From contig JBGFRZ010000057.1 in assembly GCA_041694835.1 (NCBI GenBank), positions 1-20,962 on the forward strand: a stretch of DNA of 20,962 bases. The letters are read 5' to 3'. A model generated the notes under the pieces. The model had not been told where the DNA came from, searched no databases, and saw nothing but the letters and a program-made list of their open reading frames with translations. Position 1 is the first letter of the stretch, and each line of letters begins with the position of its first letter. Origin of the DNA: Ignavibacteria bacterium. GTDB lineage: Bacteria > Elusimicrobiota > Endomicrobiia > PHAN01. The translations under genes and the position numbers were made by a program. Positions 7,638 to 15,837 of this stretch are shown piece after piece.

Positions 7638-8777
7638 ATGGAAAATAAAAAGATTGAACTTTCGGTTGTCCTTCCCGTCTTAAATGAAGAAGAGTCCATT
7701 GGAATTTGCGTCGAAAAAATCAAAAAAGTTTTTGCTGAAAATAACATATCGGGGGAGATAATTGCTGTTGATAACGGCTCGACAGACCGTTCGGCAGAAA
7801 TAGCCAAAAAGTATGGAGCAAGAGTAATTTTTGAATCACAGAAGGGCTACGGAATCGCTCTGCGGTGCGGCATAGATGAGTCGAATGGAAAATTTGTCAT
7901 CATGGGCGACGCCGACGATACTTATGATTTTCTCGAAATTCCAAAAATTATCTCTAAACTTGGAGATGGTTTTGAACTTGTTATGGGTTCGCGATTTAAG
8001 GGTAAAATGATGCCTGGCTCTATGACATGGTCGCACAGATATATCGGAAATCCAATTTTATCGGGGATGCTCCATCTTTTTTTTGGCGGTGCGGTCAGCG
8101 ACTCACATTGTGGTCTGAGGGGTTTTACGAAAGAGGCATACAAAAAAATGAATCTCCACACCGCAGGCATGGAATTTGCGTCCGAGATGGTCATTCATTC
8201 ATTGAAGAAAAAGTTAAAAATCGCAGAAGTTCCCATAACATATCATCCAAGAAAGGGAGAATCAAAACTCGAGTCGTTCCGCGACGCTTGGCGGCACATA
8301 AGATTTATGCTCCTCTACAGCCCAAGCTATCTTTTTTTGCTTCCGGGTGGCATTTTGTTTTTAACCAACTTTTTGCTCACGCTCCGTCTGCTTTTTGGGC
8401 CAATATGGTTTGCAGGAAGAAACTGGGATGTGCATGTAATGGTCTTGACGAGCGTACTTGCAACGGTTGGATGGCAGATTTTTATGACAGGTCTCTCCGC
8501 TAAAATTTACGCCCATCAAATAAAACTTGAAGAAAGTCCATTAACACGAGTCCTTGTTGGCGTCCTGACTTTGGAGCGTTCACTTTTGTTTGGTGTGATT
8601 TTTGCGTTTGTTGGTTTTTCTTTTCTACTTTATATTTTTTTTGTGTGGGCTGGCACTTCTTTCGGCGAACTCACTCAGGTTAAGACGGGCTTATTTTCTC
8701 TGCTTATGTTGTCAATAGGACTTCAGACGATATTTTCCGCATTTTTATCGAGTATGTTCCAGATAAAATATAAGTAA
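7638..8777 (+). CDS. GT2 glycosyltransferase, polyprenol-phosphate glycosyltransferase (DPM synthase/GtrB-like) with C-terminal TM helices
   Basis: SVVLPVLNEEE, VDNGSTD, KGYG.AL, MGDADDTYD, VMGSRFKG, DSHCGLRG, MEFASEM, EVPITYHPRKGESKL; four hydrophobic C-terminal segments. Confidence 0.92.
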   Translation: MENKKIELSVVLPVLNEEESIGICVEKIKKVFAENNISGEIIAVDNGSTDRSAEIAKKYGARVIFESQKGYGIALRCGIDESNGKFVIMGDADDTYDFLEIPKIISKLGDGFELVMGSRFKGKMMPGSMTWSHRYIGNPILSGMLHLFFGGAVSDSHCGLRGFTKEAYKKMNLHTAGMEFASEMVIHSLKKKLKIAEVPITYHPRKGESKLESFRDAWRHIRFMLLYSPSYLFLLPGGILFLTNFLLTLRLLFGPIWFAGRNWDVHVMVLTSVLATVGWQIFMTGLSAKIYAHQIKLEESPLTRVLVGVLTLERSLLFGVIFAFVGFSFLLYIFFVWAGTSFGELTQVKTGLFSLLMLSIGLQTIFSAFLSSMFQIKYK

Positions 8778-8826
8778 AAAAACCATTTACCGCTGAGTTC
8801 GCGGAGAAATCAAAAGAAAAAGAATT

Positions 8827-8893
8827 GTAGCGGTGGGATTGCTATCCCACAAATTGTTACTATAGAATTGTCGCATAGCAATGCGACCGCTAC
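8827..8893. repeat. Inverted REP doublet (REPIN-like) of GTAG-footed hairpins
   Basis: + strand GTAG-CG-GTGGGAT-TGCT-ATCCCAC (8827-8850); - strand GTAG-CG-GTCGCAT-TGCT-ATGCGAC (8870-8893). Confidence 0.85.
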
Positions 8894-8919
8894 TCTGTGG
8901 TCTTGCGGTAAAAATTAAA

Positions 8920-10137
8920 ATGAAAATTGCGATAATATATGACCCGGTTTATCCGTATGTTATTGGCGGCGGGGAAAGGCGAAACTGGGAAATTGCCCGT
9001 CGGCTCATTAACTACAAGCATGATGTTTATCTCGTCGGAATGAAATACTGGAATGGCCAGTCCAGAATTGTCCGTGAGGGCGTTAAACTTGTCGGTATAT
9101 GTCCTGCTGTGCAGTTATATAACAAAAAAGGCAGACGCTCCTATTTTGAAGCAATGTATTTTGGAGTGGCCGTTTTTTTTCATCTCCTTAAAAATCGGTA
9201 TGATATAATTGACTGCGGCAACTTTCCGTACTTTTCTTGCATTTTTGCACGTCTTGCCACATTTTTTAGAAAAACGAAGTTCGTAATAACATGGCATGAA
9301 ATTTGGGGCAAAAAACAATGGACGGATTATGCAGGCAGAATCGGTCTCATTGGTTGGTTTATAGAAAAAATTGTTTCAAGATTATCAAGTTCCAATATCT
9401 TTGTGTCGGAGTTCATGCGAGAGCGTGGGATTGCTTTATTAAAAATAAAAAGAGAAAATACGGTAGTGATACCCAACGGCGTAGAATACGAACGATTGAG
9501 TAAAGTTGAAGTGCTAAACCCCGTTAGAAGCAATCCCGATGCACATCGGGATGCCTCGCCTACGGCAGGGACTTCTAACGGGGTAAAAAAAGAGGAGCAG
9601 ATAGTTTTCGCTGGTCGACTTATAAAACACAAAAGGGTTGCTCTTTTAATAGATGCCTTCAACGACATTTGTAAAGAATTCAGTAACTATAAACTCAAAA
9701 TAATCGGACTTGGACCAGAACACGCCAACTTAAAGGCATTGGTCGAACACTTAGGGCTCGGCAATAAAGTTATTTTTACGGGATTTTTGGAAGGTAACGA
9801 CTTAGAAAAAGAAATAAAAAAATCCAAACTCCTTGTTTTGCCGTCGGAAAGAGAGGGGATGGGGATTGTCATAGTTGAATCGATGGCACTTGGCACACCC
9901 GTGATTGCACTTGATGCTGAAAATTCTGCCGCAAAATGTATCATTAAAAACAACAACGACGGGCTCTTGATAAAAAATAAAGACGAAATGGTGTTGTCGC
10001 TCCGTCGTTTGCTGACTGATAAAATATTTTGTGAAAGCATCATTGAAAACGGATATAAGAGAGCGATTGGATACGATTGGGATAAATCAATACTTCCGAA
10101 AATCACAGAGTACTATGATGCTTTGTCAACAAAATAA
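8920..10137 (+). CDS. GT4 (GT-B fold) glycosyltransferase carrying an in-frame palindromic insertion
   Basis: MKIAII..VYPYVIGGGERR, ITWHEIW, VIPNGV, VFAGRLIKHKRV and PSEREGMGIVIVESMALG (EX7E). The ORF-track start 8881 lies inside the REP, so ATG 8920 is preferred. Confidence 0.93.
   Translation: MKIAIIYDPVYPYVIGGGERRNWEIARRLINYKHDVYLVGMKYWNGQSRIVREGVKLVGICPAVQLYNKKGRRSYFEAMYFGVAVFFHLLKNRYDIIDCGNFPYFSCIFARLATFFRKTKFVITWHEIWGKKQWTDYAGRIGLIGWFIEKIVSRLSSSNIFVSEFMRERGIALLKIKRENTVVIPNGVEYERLSKVEVLNPVRSNPDAHRDASPTAGTSNGVKKEEQIVFAGRLIKHKRVALLIDAFNDICKEFSNYKLKIIGLGPEHANLKALVEHLGLGNKVIFTGFLEGNDLEKEIKKSKLLVLPSEREGMGIVIVESMALGTPVIALDAENSAAKCIIKNNNDGLLIKNKDEMVLSLRRLLTDKIFCESIIENGYKRAIGYDWDKSILPKITEYYDALSTK
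9515..9587. mobile_element. Miniature palindromic (MITE/REP-like) element inserted in frame
   Basis: Perfect 13-bp terminal inverted repeat ACCCCGTTAGAAG (9518-9530) / CTTCTAACGGGGT (9572-9584), two internal hairpins, and TAAA on both sides (9515-9518, 9584-9587). Confidence 0.75.
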
Positions 10138-10172
10138 CGTATACTGGTGGGCTTATTGTCGAAAAGTTTGAC

Positions 10173-10344
10173 TCTTCTCCAAATGTTGTTGTAACATTGG
10201 GTAAGGATTTTGCAATACCTAAAAACAAAGTATTTTCGCTCATTCTCGTCCCGATAAATCGGGAGCGGGGTAATCAAGCGTTCACACTTGATTAAACCCG
10301 CTCAAACACTTTGTTTTTATACGCACAACAAAAAATAGAGAAGA
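10173..10344. other. Multi-stem structured intergenic element
   Basis: Nested complements TCTTCTC/GAGAAGA, TTGTTGT/ACAACAA, TAAAAACAAAGT/ACTTTGTTTTTA, GAGCGGG/CCCGCTC and TAATCAAG/CTTGATTA, plus hairpin TCCCGAT-AA-ATCGGGA. Confidence 0.7.
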
Positions 10345-10361
10345 CCCCAAAATTTTAATAA

Positions 10362-10384
10362 TGCTTGATAAATCAAGCAACTAC
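10362..10384 (-). repeat. GTAG-footed REP-like hairpin
   Basis: Minus strand GTAG-T-TGCTTGAT-TT-ATCAAGCA; same geometry as the 285-307 copy. Confidence 0.75.
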
Positions 10385-10431
10385 AATTTATCTGAAAAGC
10401 ATTATGGAGAAGTGTTGAACGAAAAACATAT

Positions 10432-11601
10432 ATGAGAACGCTTATTTTCCAGAGATACATGGAGTACTACAGCGGCGCCGAAAATGTGGTAAATAAATTG
10501 TCAGCGTGCTTAAAAAAAAAAGGTGTTGATAATGTGGTGATGGCATTAAATGTTTCCGACGAAGTTAGGAAAATATGTGCGGACGTTGCATTCATTGTGC
10601 CTGAAAAAAAATATCCCGCTGTTTTCAGGAGTGTGGGTTTTTGGACTTCACTGGGTATTTTTCGAGAAATCTATGAGTTGAGAAAAATGATAAATAGATA
10701 TAGTAATGTTTATGACATTATAAATGTTCATAACTTCCCGGCGACATGGGCGCTATACGGCATTAAAAAACCGGTAGTATGGCTCTGTAACGAAATTCCT
10801 GATTTCTATAGCAATCCAAATCCTTCATTGCCCGTCAGAGTGATAAGGCATTTCGGGATAAAGATTGACAGATTTTTAATAAAAAACACGGTGACGATTA
10901 CGGTCGTAGCAGATGAAATAAACGCCCGAAAAGTCAGGCAGAGATATAATATTGAGCCGGTGAGCATACCTTACGGTATAGACACAGATATTTTTGGGGG
11001 TTTTGAAATAGATGAGAAAGAGAACTTAAAAAAATACAACATTGCTCAAGATGAATTTGTCTTATCGCAGGTTGGTGTGATTTCACCTCAAAAAAATCAA
11101 ATAGAAAGTATAAAGGGACTTGAAACATTACTTGAGTGTGGTGTAAAAGCGAAACTCATCATTGCCGGCGAAGATAATACGCCGTATAAAAAAGTCATCA
11201 ATAAATACATAGCCGGGAAAAAACTGTCCGATAAAATCATTTTTACAGGAGCAATAAAAAAAACCGAAGTCGCGCGCATTTATAAAATATCCAAAATTTG
11301 CCTTTTCCCTGTAAAAGAACAAGGTGGATGGTTATCGCCTTTTGAGGCGTTGTCATGTGGAACACCTGTAGTGGTTTCGTCCACAATGGGCGCATCTGAT
11401 TTGCTTGGCAGACATGATTTTTGTGTCATAAGCAATGATATTTCTTCAGGTGTCAAAAAGGTTTATGATAATTACAATATTTATCGTGACAAAGCAAAGA
11501 ATGCCCAAAAGTGGGTGAATGAAAATCTCACATGGGGCAATTATACAGAAAGAATGTTGAGAGTCTTTGAAGACGCTATAAAATCCGTAAGGATTTCATA
11601 G
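10432..11601 (+). CDS. GT4 (GT-B fold) glycosyltransferase
   Basis: SGAENVV, DIINVHNFP, IPYGID, VGVISPQKNQ, IIFTGAI, and FP..EQGGWLSPFEALSCGTPVVVS nucleotide-sugar binding region. Confidence 0.9.
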   Translation: MRTLIFQRYMEYYSGAENVVNKLSACLKKKGVDNVVMALNVSDEVRKICADVAFIVPEKKYPAVFRSVGFWTSLGIFREIYELRKMINRYSNVYDIINVHNFPATWALYGIKKPVVWLCNEIPDFYSNPNPSLPVRVIRHFGIKIDRFLIKNTVTITVVADEINARKVRQRYNIEPVSIPYGIDTDIFGGFEIDEKENLKKYNIAQDEFVLSQVGVISPQKNQIESIKGLETLLECGVKAKLIIAGEDNTPYKKVINKYIAGKKLSDKIIFTGAIKKTEVARIYKISKICLFPVKEQGGWLSPFEALSCGTPVVVSSTMGASDLLGRHDFCVISNDISSGVKKVYDNYNIYRDKAKNAQKWVNENLTWGNYTERMLRVFEDAIKSVRIS

Positions 11602-11614
11602 GAGATAATAAAAT

Positions 11615-12640
11615 ATGAAAATTCTTGTAACAGGCGGGTGCGGTTTTATAGGTTCGTGGGTTTGCGAGTATTATGCCAACAGAGGCGAGGAAGTAATTTC
11701 ATACGACAACATGACAAAACAGGAACTTATGCGGACCGGATATAACACTGATTTGGCCAGAACATATAACTGGGATTTTCTGAATAAATCAGGTGTCCAA
11801 CTTGTTAAAGCAGATGTCAGAAACAAGGAAGAACTTTTTGAATACTCTCACGACTGCGATTTTATCGTGCATACTGCTGCGCAGCCGGCCGTTACAATCA
11901 GCATGGAAAATTCAGAACTTGATTTTACTACAAATGTACTCGGAACGATAAATGTGCTTGAAGCGTCAAAAGAATTCAATATACCAACAGTTTCATGTGC
12001 TACTATACATATTTATGGCAATAAAATTAACGAAGAACTCTCGGAAAATGAAACAAGATACATCAGGGTGCCGTCTGCTATCAATGAAGAATATCCATTA
12101 CTGGGTGGTTTGCTGACTCCTTTACATGCTTCCAAAGCGTCGGGGGATGCGTATGTAAGGGTTTATGCCGACACTTATAAAACAAAGGCGGCGAGTTTTC
12201 GTCTTACGGGACTTTACGGCCCACGACAACTCGGCGGAGAAGACCACGGTTGGGTCGCGAATTTCAGCATAAGGGCGAGTCTTGAAAGACCCATCACTAT
12301 TTTTGGAACGGGTAAACAATTGAGAGATATTTTGTATGCCAGCGACCTTGTTAATGCTTTTGATGCCTTCTATAAAAATCCCGTAAGCGGGGTTTATAAT
12401 ATCGGCGGTGGCGAGAAAAACATGCTCTCCCTGATTGAATGCATAAAATTGATTGAGAAAATAACCGGCAGAAAACTGAATGTTGAGTTTGCCGACGGGC
12501 GATTTGGAGATTTGAAATATTTTGTCTGCGATATCTCTAAAGCACAAAAAATACTCAAGTGGTCGCCTAAGGTTTTGCCGGACGAAGGGATTGAAAAACT
12601 TATAGATTGGGTTGAAAAAAACATTAATTTATTTAAATAA
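11615..12640 (+). CDS. NAD-dependent epimerase/dehydratase (extended SDR, CDP-paratose 2-epimerase-like) with atypical active site
   Basis: KILVTGGCGFIGS, HTAAQPAVTIS, DFTTNVLGT.NVLE, LYGPRQLG.EDHGWV, GTGKQLRDILY, YNIGGG. The YxxxK motif reads LHASK. Confidence 0.88.
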   Translation: MKILVTGGCGFIGSWVCEYYANRGEEVISYDNMTKQELMRTGYNTDLARTYNWDFLNKSGVQLVKADVRNKEELFEYSHDCDFIVHTAAQPAVTISMENSELDFTTNVLGTINVLEASKEFNIPTVSCATIHIYGNKINEELSENETRYIRVPSAINEEYPLLGGLLTPLHASKASGDAYVRVYADTYKTKAASFRLTGLYGPRQLGGEDHGWVANFSIRASLERPITIFGTGKQLRDILYASDLVNAFDAFYKNPVSGVYNIGGGEKNMLSLIECIKLIEKITGRKLNVEFADGRFGDLKYFVCDISKAQKILKWSPKVLPDEGIEKLIDWVEKNINLFK

Positions 12641-12649
12641 AATGAATTT

Positions 12650-13378
12650 ATGAAAGCTCTAATTTTGGCGGGTGGCAGAGGGAAAAGACTCGGGAAAACC
12701 TCAGAGGGCATTAATAAGTGCATGCTCAATATTTTTGGCAAGCCCCTTCTTGAATATAGCATTGAAAGCGCCGCTATGCTTGGCGAGATTGATGAAATAA
12801 TAATTGTCGTCGGATACAGAGCGGAAGATATCGTGAATTATTATGGCAACACTTTCAAAAACAAGAGAATAAAATATGTAATACAGTGGGAGCAGGGTGG
12901 TCTTGTGGATGCAATTGATTGGGCGAGGGACGCCATAGGAAAAGACGATTTTATGCTTATGCTCGGCGATGAGTTTATGCTGAAGCCTCGCCACAAGGAA
13001 ATGATTAACAAGTTTAAGGAAGAGTCGCTTTTCGGAGTATGCGGAATTGTCGAGGTTGGAAATGCGGAATTTATAAGAAAGACATATACACTCCTAACAT
13101 CACCCGAAGGAAAAATACGGCGTTTGGTCGAAAAACCGCAAAAACCTTTCAACAACCTGATGGGGACGGGAAATTGCATATTTAGAAACGAAATCTTTTC
13201 ATATATCTCCAAAACACCAATAAATCCAAACCGTCAAGAAAAAGAACTGCCTGACCTGATTCAATGTGCCATTGAAGATAATAATATCATAAACTCTTTT
13301 GTTATCTGCGACAGATACATAAACATAAACTCGCCTGTGGAACTGGAAGAAATAGAATCTTATTTCTCACATATATAA
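12650..13378 (+). CDS. Sugar-1-phosphate nucleotidyltransferase (RmlA/AglF-like NTP_transferase)
   Basis: ALILAGGRGKRL, NKCML...KPLLEY, IVVGYRAE, YVIQ.EQ.GLVDAI, MLGD, LVEKP, ELPDLIQ, ININSP.EL. Confidence 0.9.
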   Translation: MKALILAGGRGKRLGKTSEGINKCMLNIFGKPLLEYSIESAAMLGEIDEIIIVVGYRAEDIVNYYGNTFKNKRIKYVIQWEQGGLVDAIDWARDAIGKDDFMLMLGDEFMLKPRHKEMINKFKEESLFGVCGIVEVGNAEFIRKTYTLLTSPEGKIRRLVEKPQKPFNNLMGTGNCIFRNEIFSYISKTPINPNRQEKELPDLIQCAIEDNNIINSFVICDRYININSPVELEEIESYFSHI

Positions 13379-13391
13379 GGATTGTTTCCAA

Positions 13392-14744
13392 ATGAAGGTT
13401 GCATTGATAAATCCTGGTAAAAATCTGGAATATGCCGATAACGAACCCCTATCACTTGGATATCTTGCTTCACAATTAGAATTAAATAATTGCGATGTTA
13501 AAATTATTGACCAACTATCGGGAGATGATGTCAGAACTGAAATTGATAAATTCACACCGGATATTGTCGGCGCGACATCTACAACCCCGGTGGTCAAAGA
13601 CGCTTATGCAATTCTTGAATTTGCCAAAAGCAAAGGATGCAAGACCGTTATAGGTGGCGTCCATGCGAGTGTTATGACGGAAGAAGCGTCAAAATATGCG
13701 GATTATGTCGTCGTGGGAGAGGGAGAAAATGCAATTCTTGAAATAGTAAACGGCAATGTTAAAGAAAAGATTGTAAAGTTTGGGTATATAAAAAATATTG
13801 ACGAGATAAGTCCACCTGCCCGCCATTTGATGAATATGGACTTTTACATAAAAAGAAAAAACAGAATACCCACCGCTCATCTTTATTTTTTACCTAAAAA
13901 CACTCGGTTGGCTTCAATGATAACTTCAAGGGGCTGTCCTTACAACTGTACTTTTTGCCATAATAGCTGGCGTGGAATTCCCGTGAGGTATCATAGTCCG
14001 AATAGGGTTATAGATGAATTGACGCATCTTAAGGAAAGATATGGCGTAGGCGCGATATTTTTCATGGATGATGACTTCTTTATAAATAAAACACGACTTA
14101 AAACAATATGTGAAGAAATAATAAATAGAAAAATAGCCATTATCTGGTCGGCAAACGCAAGGGTTAGCAGCGTTAATATGGAGAGTTTAGAGATAGCAAG
14201 GTTGGCTGGTTGTAAGCAGATAAATTTTGGAATTGAAAGCGGTTCTCAGAGAATACTTGATGTCTTGAATAAGAAAACTACAGTTGAACAGAGCACCAAT
14301 GCAGTTCGTATGGCAAAAAAAGCAGGGATGTACGTGTATGCTACTTTTATGCTCGGCAATCCAACGGAAACCTTAAATGATATTGGATTGACGAAAAATT
14401 TTATATTGAAAAATAATATTGATAGTATTGGCATTGGAATAACAACACCTTATCCCGGCACAAAAATATGGGAGTGGTGTAAAAGCCGGTCGCTCATTCC
14501 AGGTTCAATTGACTGGAACGAGTTCAATATGGAAAGTTGCCCGGTTCCGGCAAATGATGTTTTTTCAAAGAAAGAAATTGAAAAAATTAGAAGTCGTATT
14601 ATTGTAGATATTTTTTTCAAAAGAAAACTTAAATTTCTAATGTTTTATCTAAAGGCAATGTCAGAACATCCGGTCATACTTTTTGACAAGATGTCAAAAG
14701 TGGTATCGCCGCTTTTAAAGAAATTAAATGAGAAGAAGAATTAA
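13392..14744 (+). CDS. Cobalamin-binding-domain radical SAM protein (class B methyltransferase-like)
   Basis: N-terminal B12 domain (ALINP, PLSLGYLAS, PDIVG, VIGGVHAS, DYVVVGEGE); TSRGCPYNCTFC; FMDDDF; FGIESGSQRIL; FMLGNPTET; PYPGT. Confidence 0.92.
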   Translation: MKVALINPGKNLEYADNEPLSLGYLASQLELNNCDVKIIDQLSGDDVRTEIDKFTPDIVGATSTTPVVKDAYAILEFAKSKGCKTVIGGVHASVMTEEASKYADYVVVGEGENAILEIVNGNVKEKIVKFGYIKNIDEISPPARHLMNMDFYIKRKNRIPTAHLYFLPKNTRLASMITSRGCPYNCTFCHNSWRGIPVRYHSPNRVIDELTHLKERYGVGAIFFMDDDFFINKTRLKTICEEIINRKIAIIWSANARVSSVNMESLEIARLAGCKQINFGIESGSQRILDVLNKKTTVEQSTNAVRMAKKAGMYVYATFMLGNPTETLNDIGLTKNFILKNNIDSIGIGITTPYPGTKIWEWCKSRSLIPGSIDWNEFNMESCPVPANDVFSKKEIEKIRSRIIVDIFFKRKLKFLMFYLKAMSEHPVILFDKMSKVVSPLLKKLNEKKN

Positions 14745-15837
14745 ATTATTAAAACTGATTTTATCCAGGATAAAGGGATTGCTTTACCTGATTGCAAAAG
14801 AGGGATTCAAATCGGCTTACAACTATCTGTGGGTACATGCATTTACCAGAGACAGCGGTCTTGCACTTTTGGATCCGCTCTATAGAAGATTCCCGTCTCT
14901 TGTGACATATCCACAGACAATTGAAGTTGAAATTACGACACGGTGTCATCTTAAGTGTACGATGTGTGAGCACACTTATTGGGATGAATCGCCACACGAT
15001 ATGTCTTTGGCTGAGTTTAAAAAAATAATAGACCAGTTTCCAAAACTAAAATGGCTTGGGATGACAGGCATTGGCTCAAATTTTTTGAATAAAGATTTTC
15101 TTTCTATGTTAAGGTATGTGAAATCAAAGAAGGTTTATGTTGAATTTTTTGATACATTTGATTTGATAACTGAAAAAAATGCCGAGGAACTTATTAAAAT
15201 TGGCGTCAATAAAATATGGCTTTCCATTGATGCGGCAAGACCCGAAACATACGAAAAAATAAGAGTTGGCACAAAATTTGAGAAAGTCACCAGGAATTTA
15301 AAAAATTTAATGGAATTAAAAAAAAGATACAAGACCCCATTTCCCGAGATATGGTTTCATTATATAATAACATCCGACAACGCAAGTGAATTGCCGGAGT
15401 TTGTTGAATTAGTTCACGACTTAACAAGTAATGGCTCAAATCTTGCCACAATGATATACTTCACAAACTTGCTTTGTTTTAATGAGGTAAAAGGATTATT
15501 GACGACGTTGTCAGATGAAGTAATAAAAGAAACAGAAATATTGGGTAAAAAATACGGTATATATATATCCTGGAATCAGAATATAAAACCCATAAAACCA
15601 ATAAGTTTTTGCACAAGATGGACAGAGCCGTTCATACTTGCCACAGGACATGTGCAGTCATGCTGCGCCATTAACGAGGCAAACACGAGACGTTACCAGA
15701 AGGAAAAAAGTTTCGGGAATTTGCTGGAAACAGAATTTAAATATCTATGGAATAATAAGCATAAAAAATTTAGGATGCAGATTCATAATAATGAGTTACC
15801 GGAAATCTGTAAGTATTGCAGGAATTTTATACGATGA
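14728..15837 (+). CDS. Radical SAM protein with a C-terminal Twitch/SPASM auxiliary-cluster domain
   Basis: EVEITTRCHLKCTMC, SIDAARPETYEKIR, C-terminal C-x16-CC-x47-CKYC with FGNL. Overlaps the upstream gene by 17 nt and the downstream gene by ATGA. Confidence 0.9.
   Translation: MRRRIKLLKLILSRIKGLLYLIAKEGFKSAYNYLWVHAFTRDSGLALLDPLYRRFPSLVTYPQTIEVEITTRCHLKCTMCEHTYWDESPHDMSLAEFKKIIDQFPKLKWLGMTGIGSNFLNKDFLSMLRYVKSKKVYVEFFDTFDLITEKNAEELIKIGVNKIWLSIDAARPETYEKIRVGTKFEKVTRNLKNLMELKKRYKTPFPEIWFHYIITSDNASELPEFVELVHDLTSNGSNLATMIYFTNLLCFNEVKGLLTTLSDEVIKETEILGKKYGIYISWNQNIKPIKPISFCTRWTEPFILATGHVQSCCAINEANTRRYQKEKSFGNLLETEFKYLWNNKHKKFRMQIHNNELPEICKYCRNFIR

Noticed and set aside
10138-10431. Cobalamin or SAM riboswitch, or JUMPstart/ops element, ahead of the B12-rSAM genes
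   Set aside because: No B12 box (GGGAA...GCCACTG...), no SAM-I core and no GGCGGTAG ops motif could be found.
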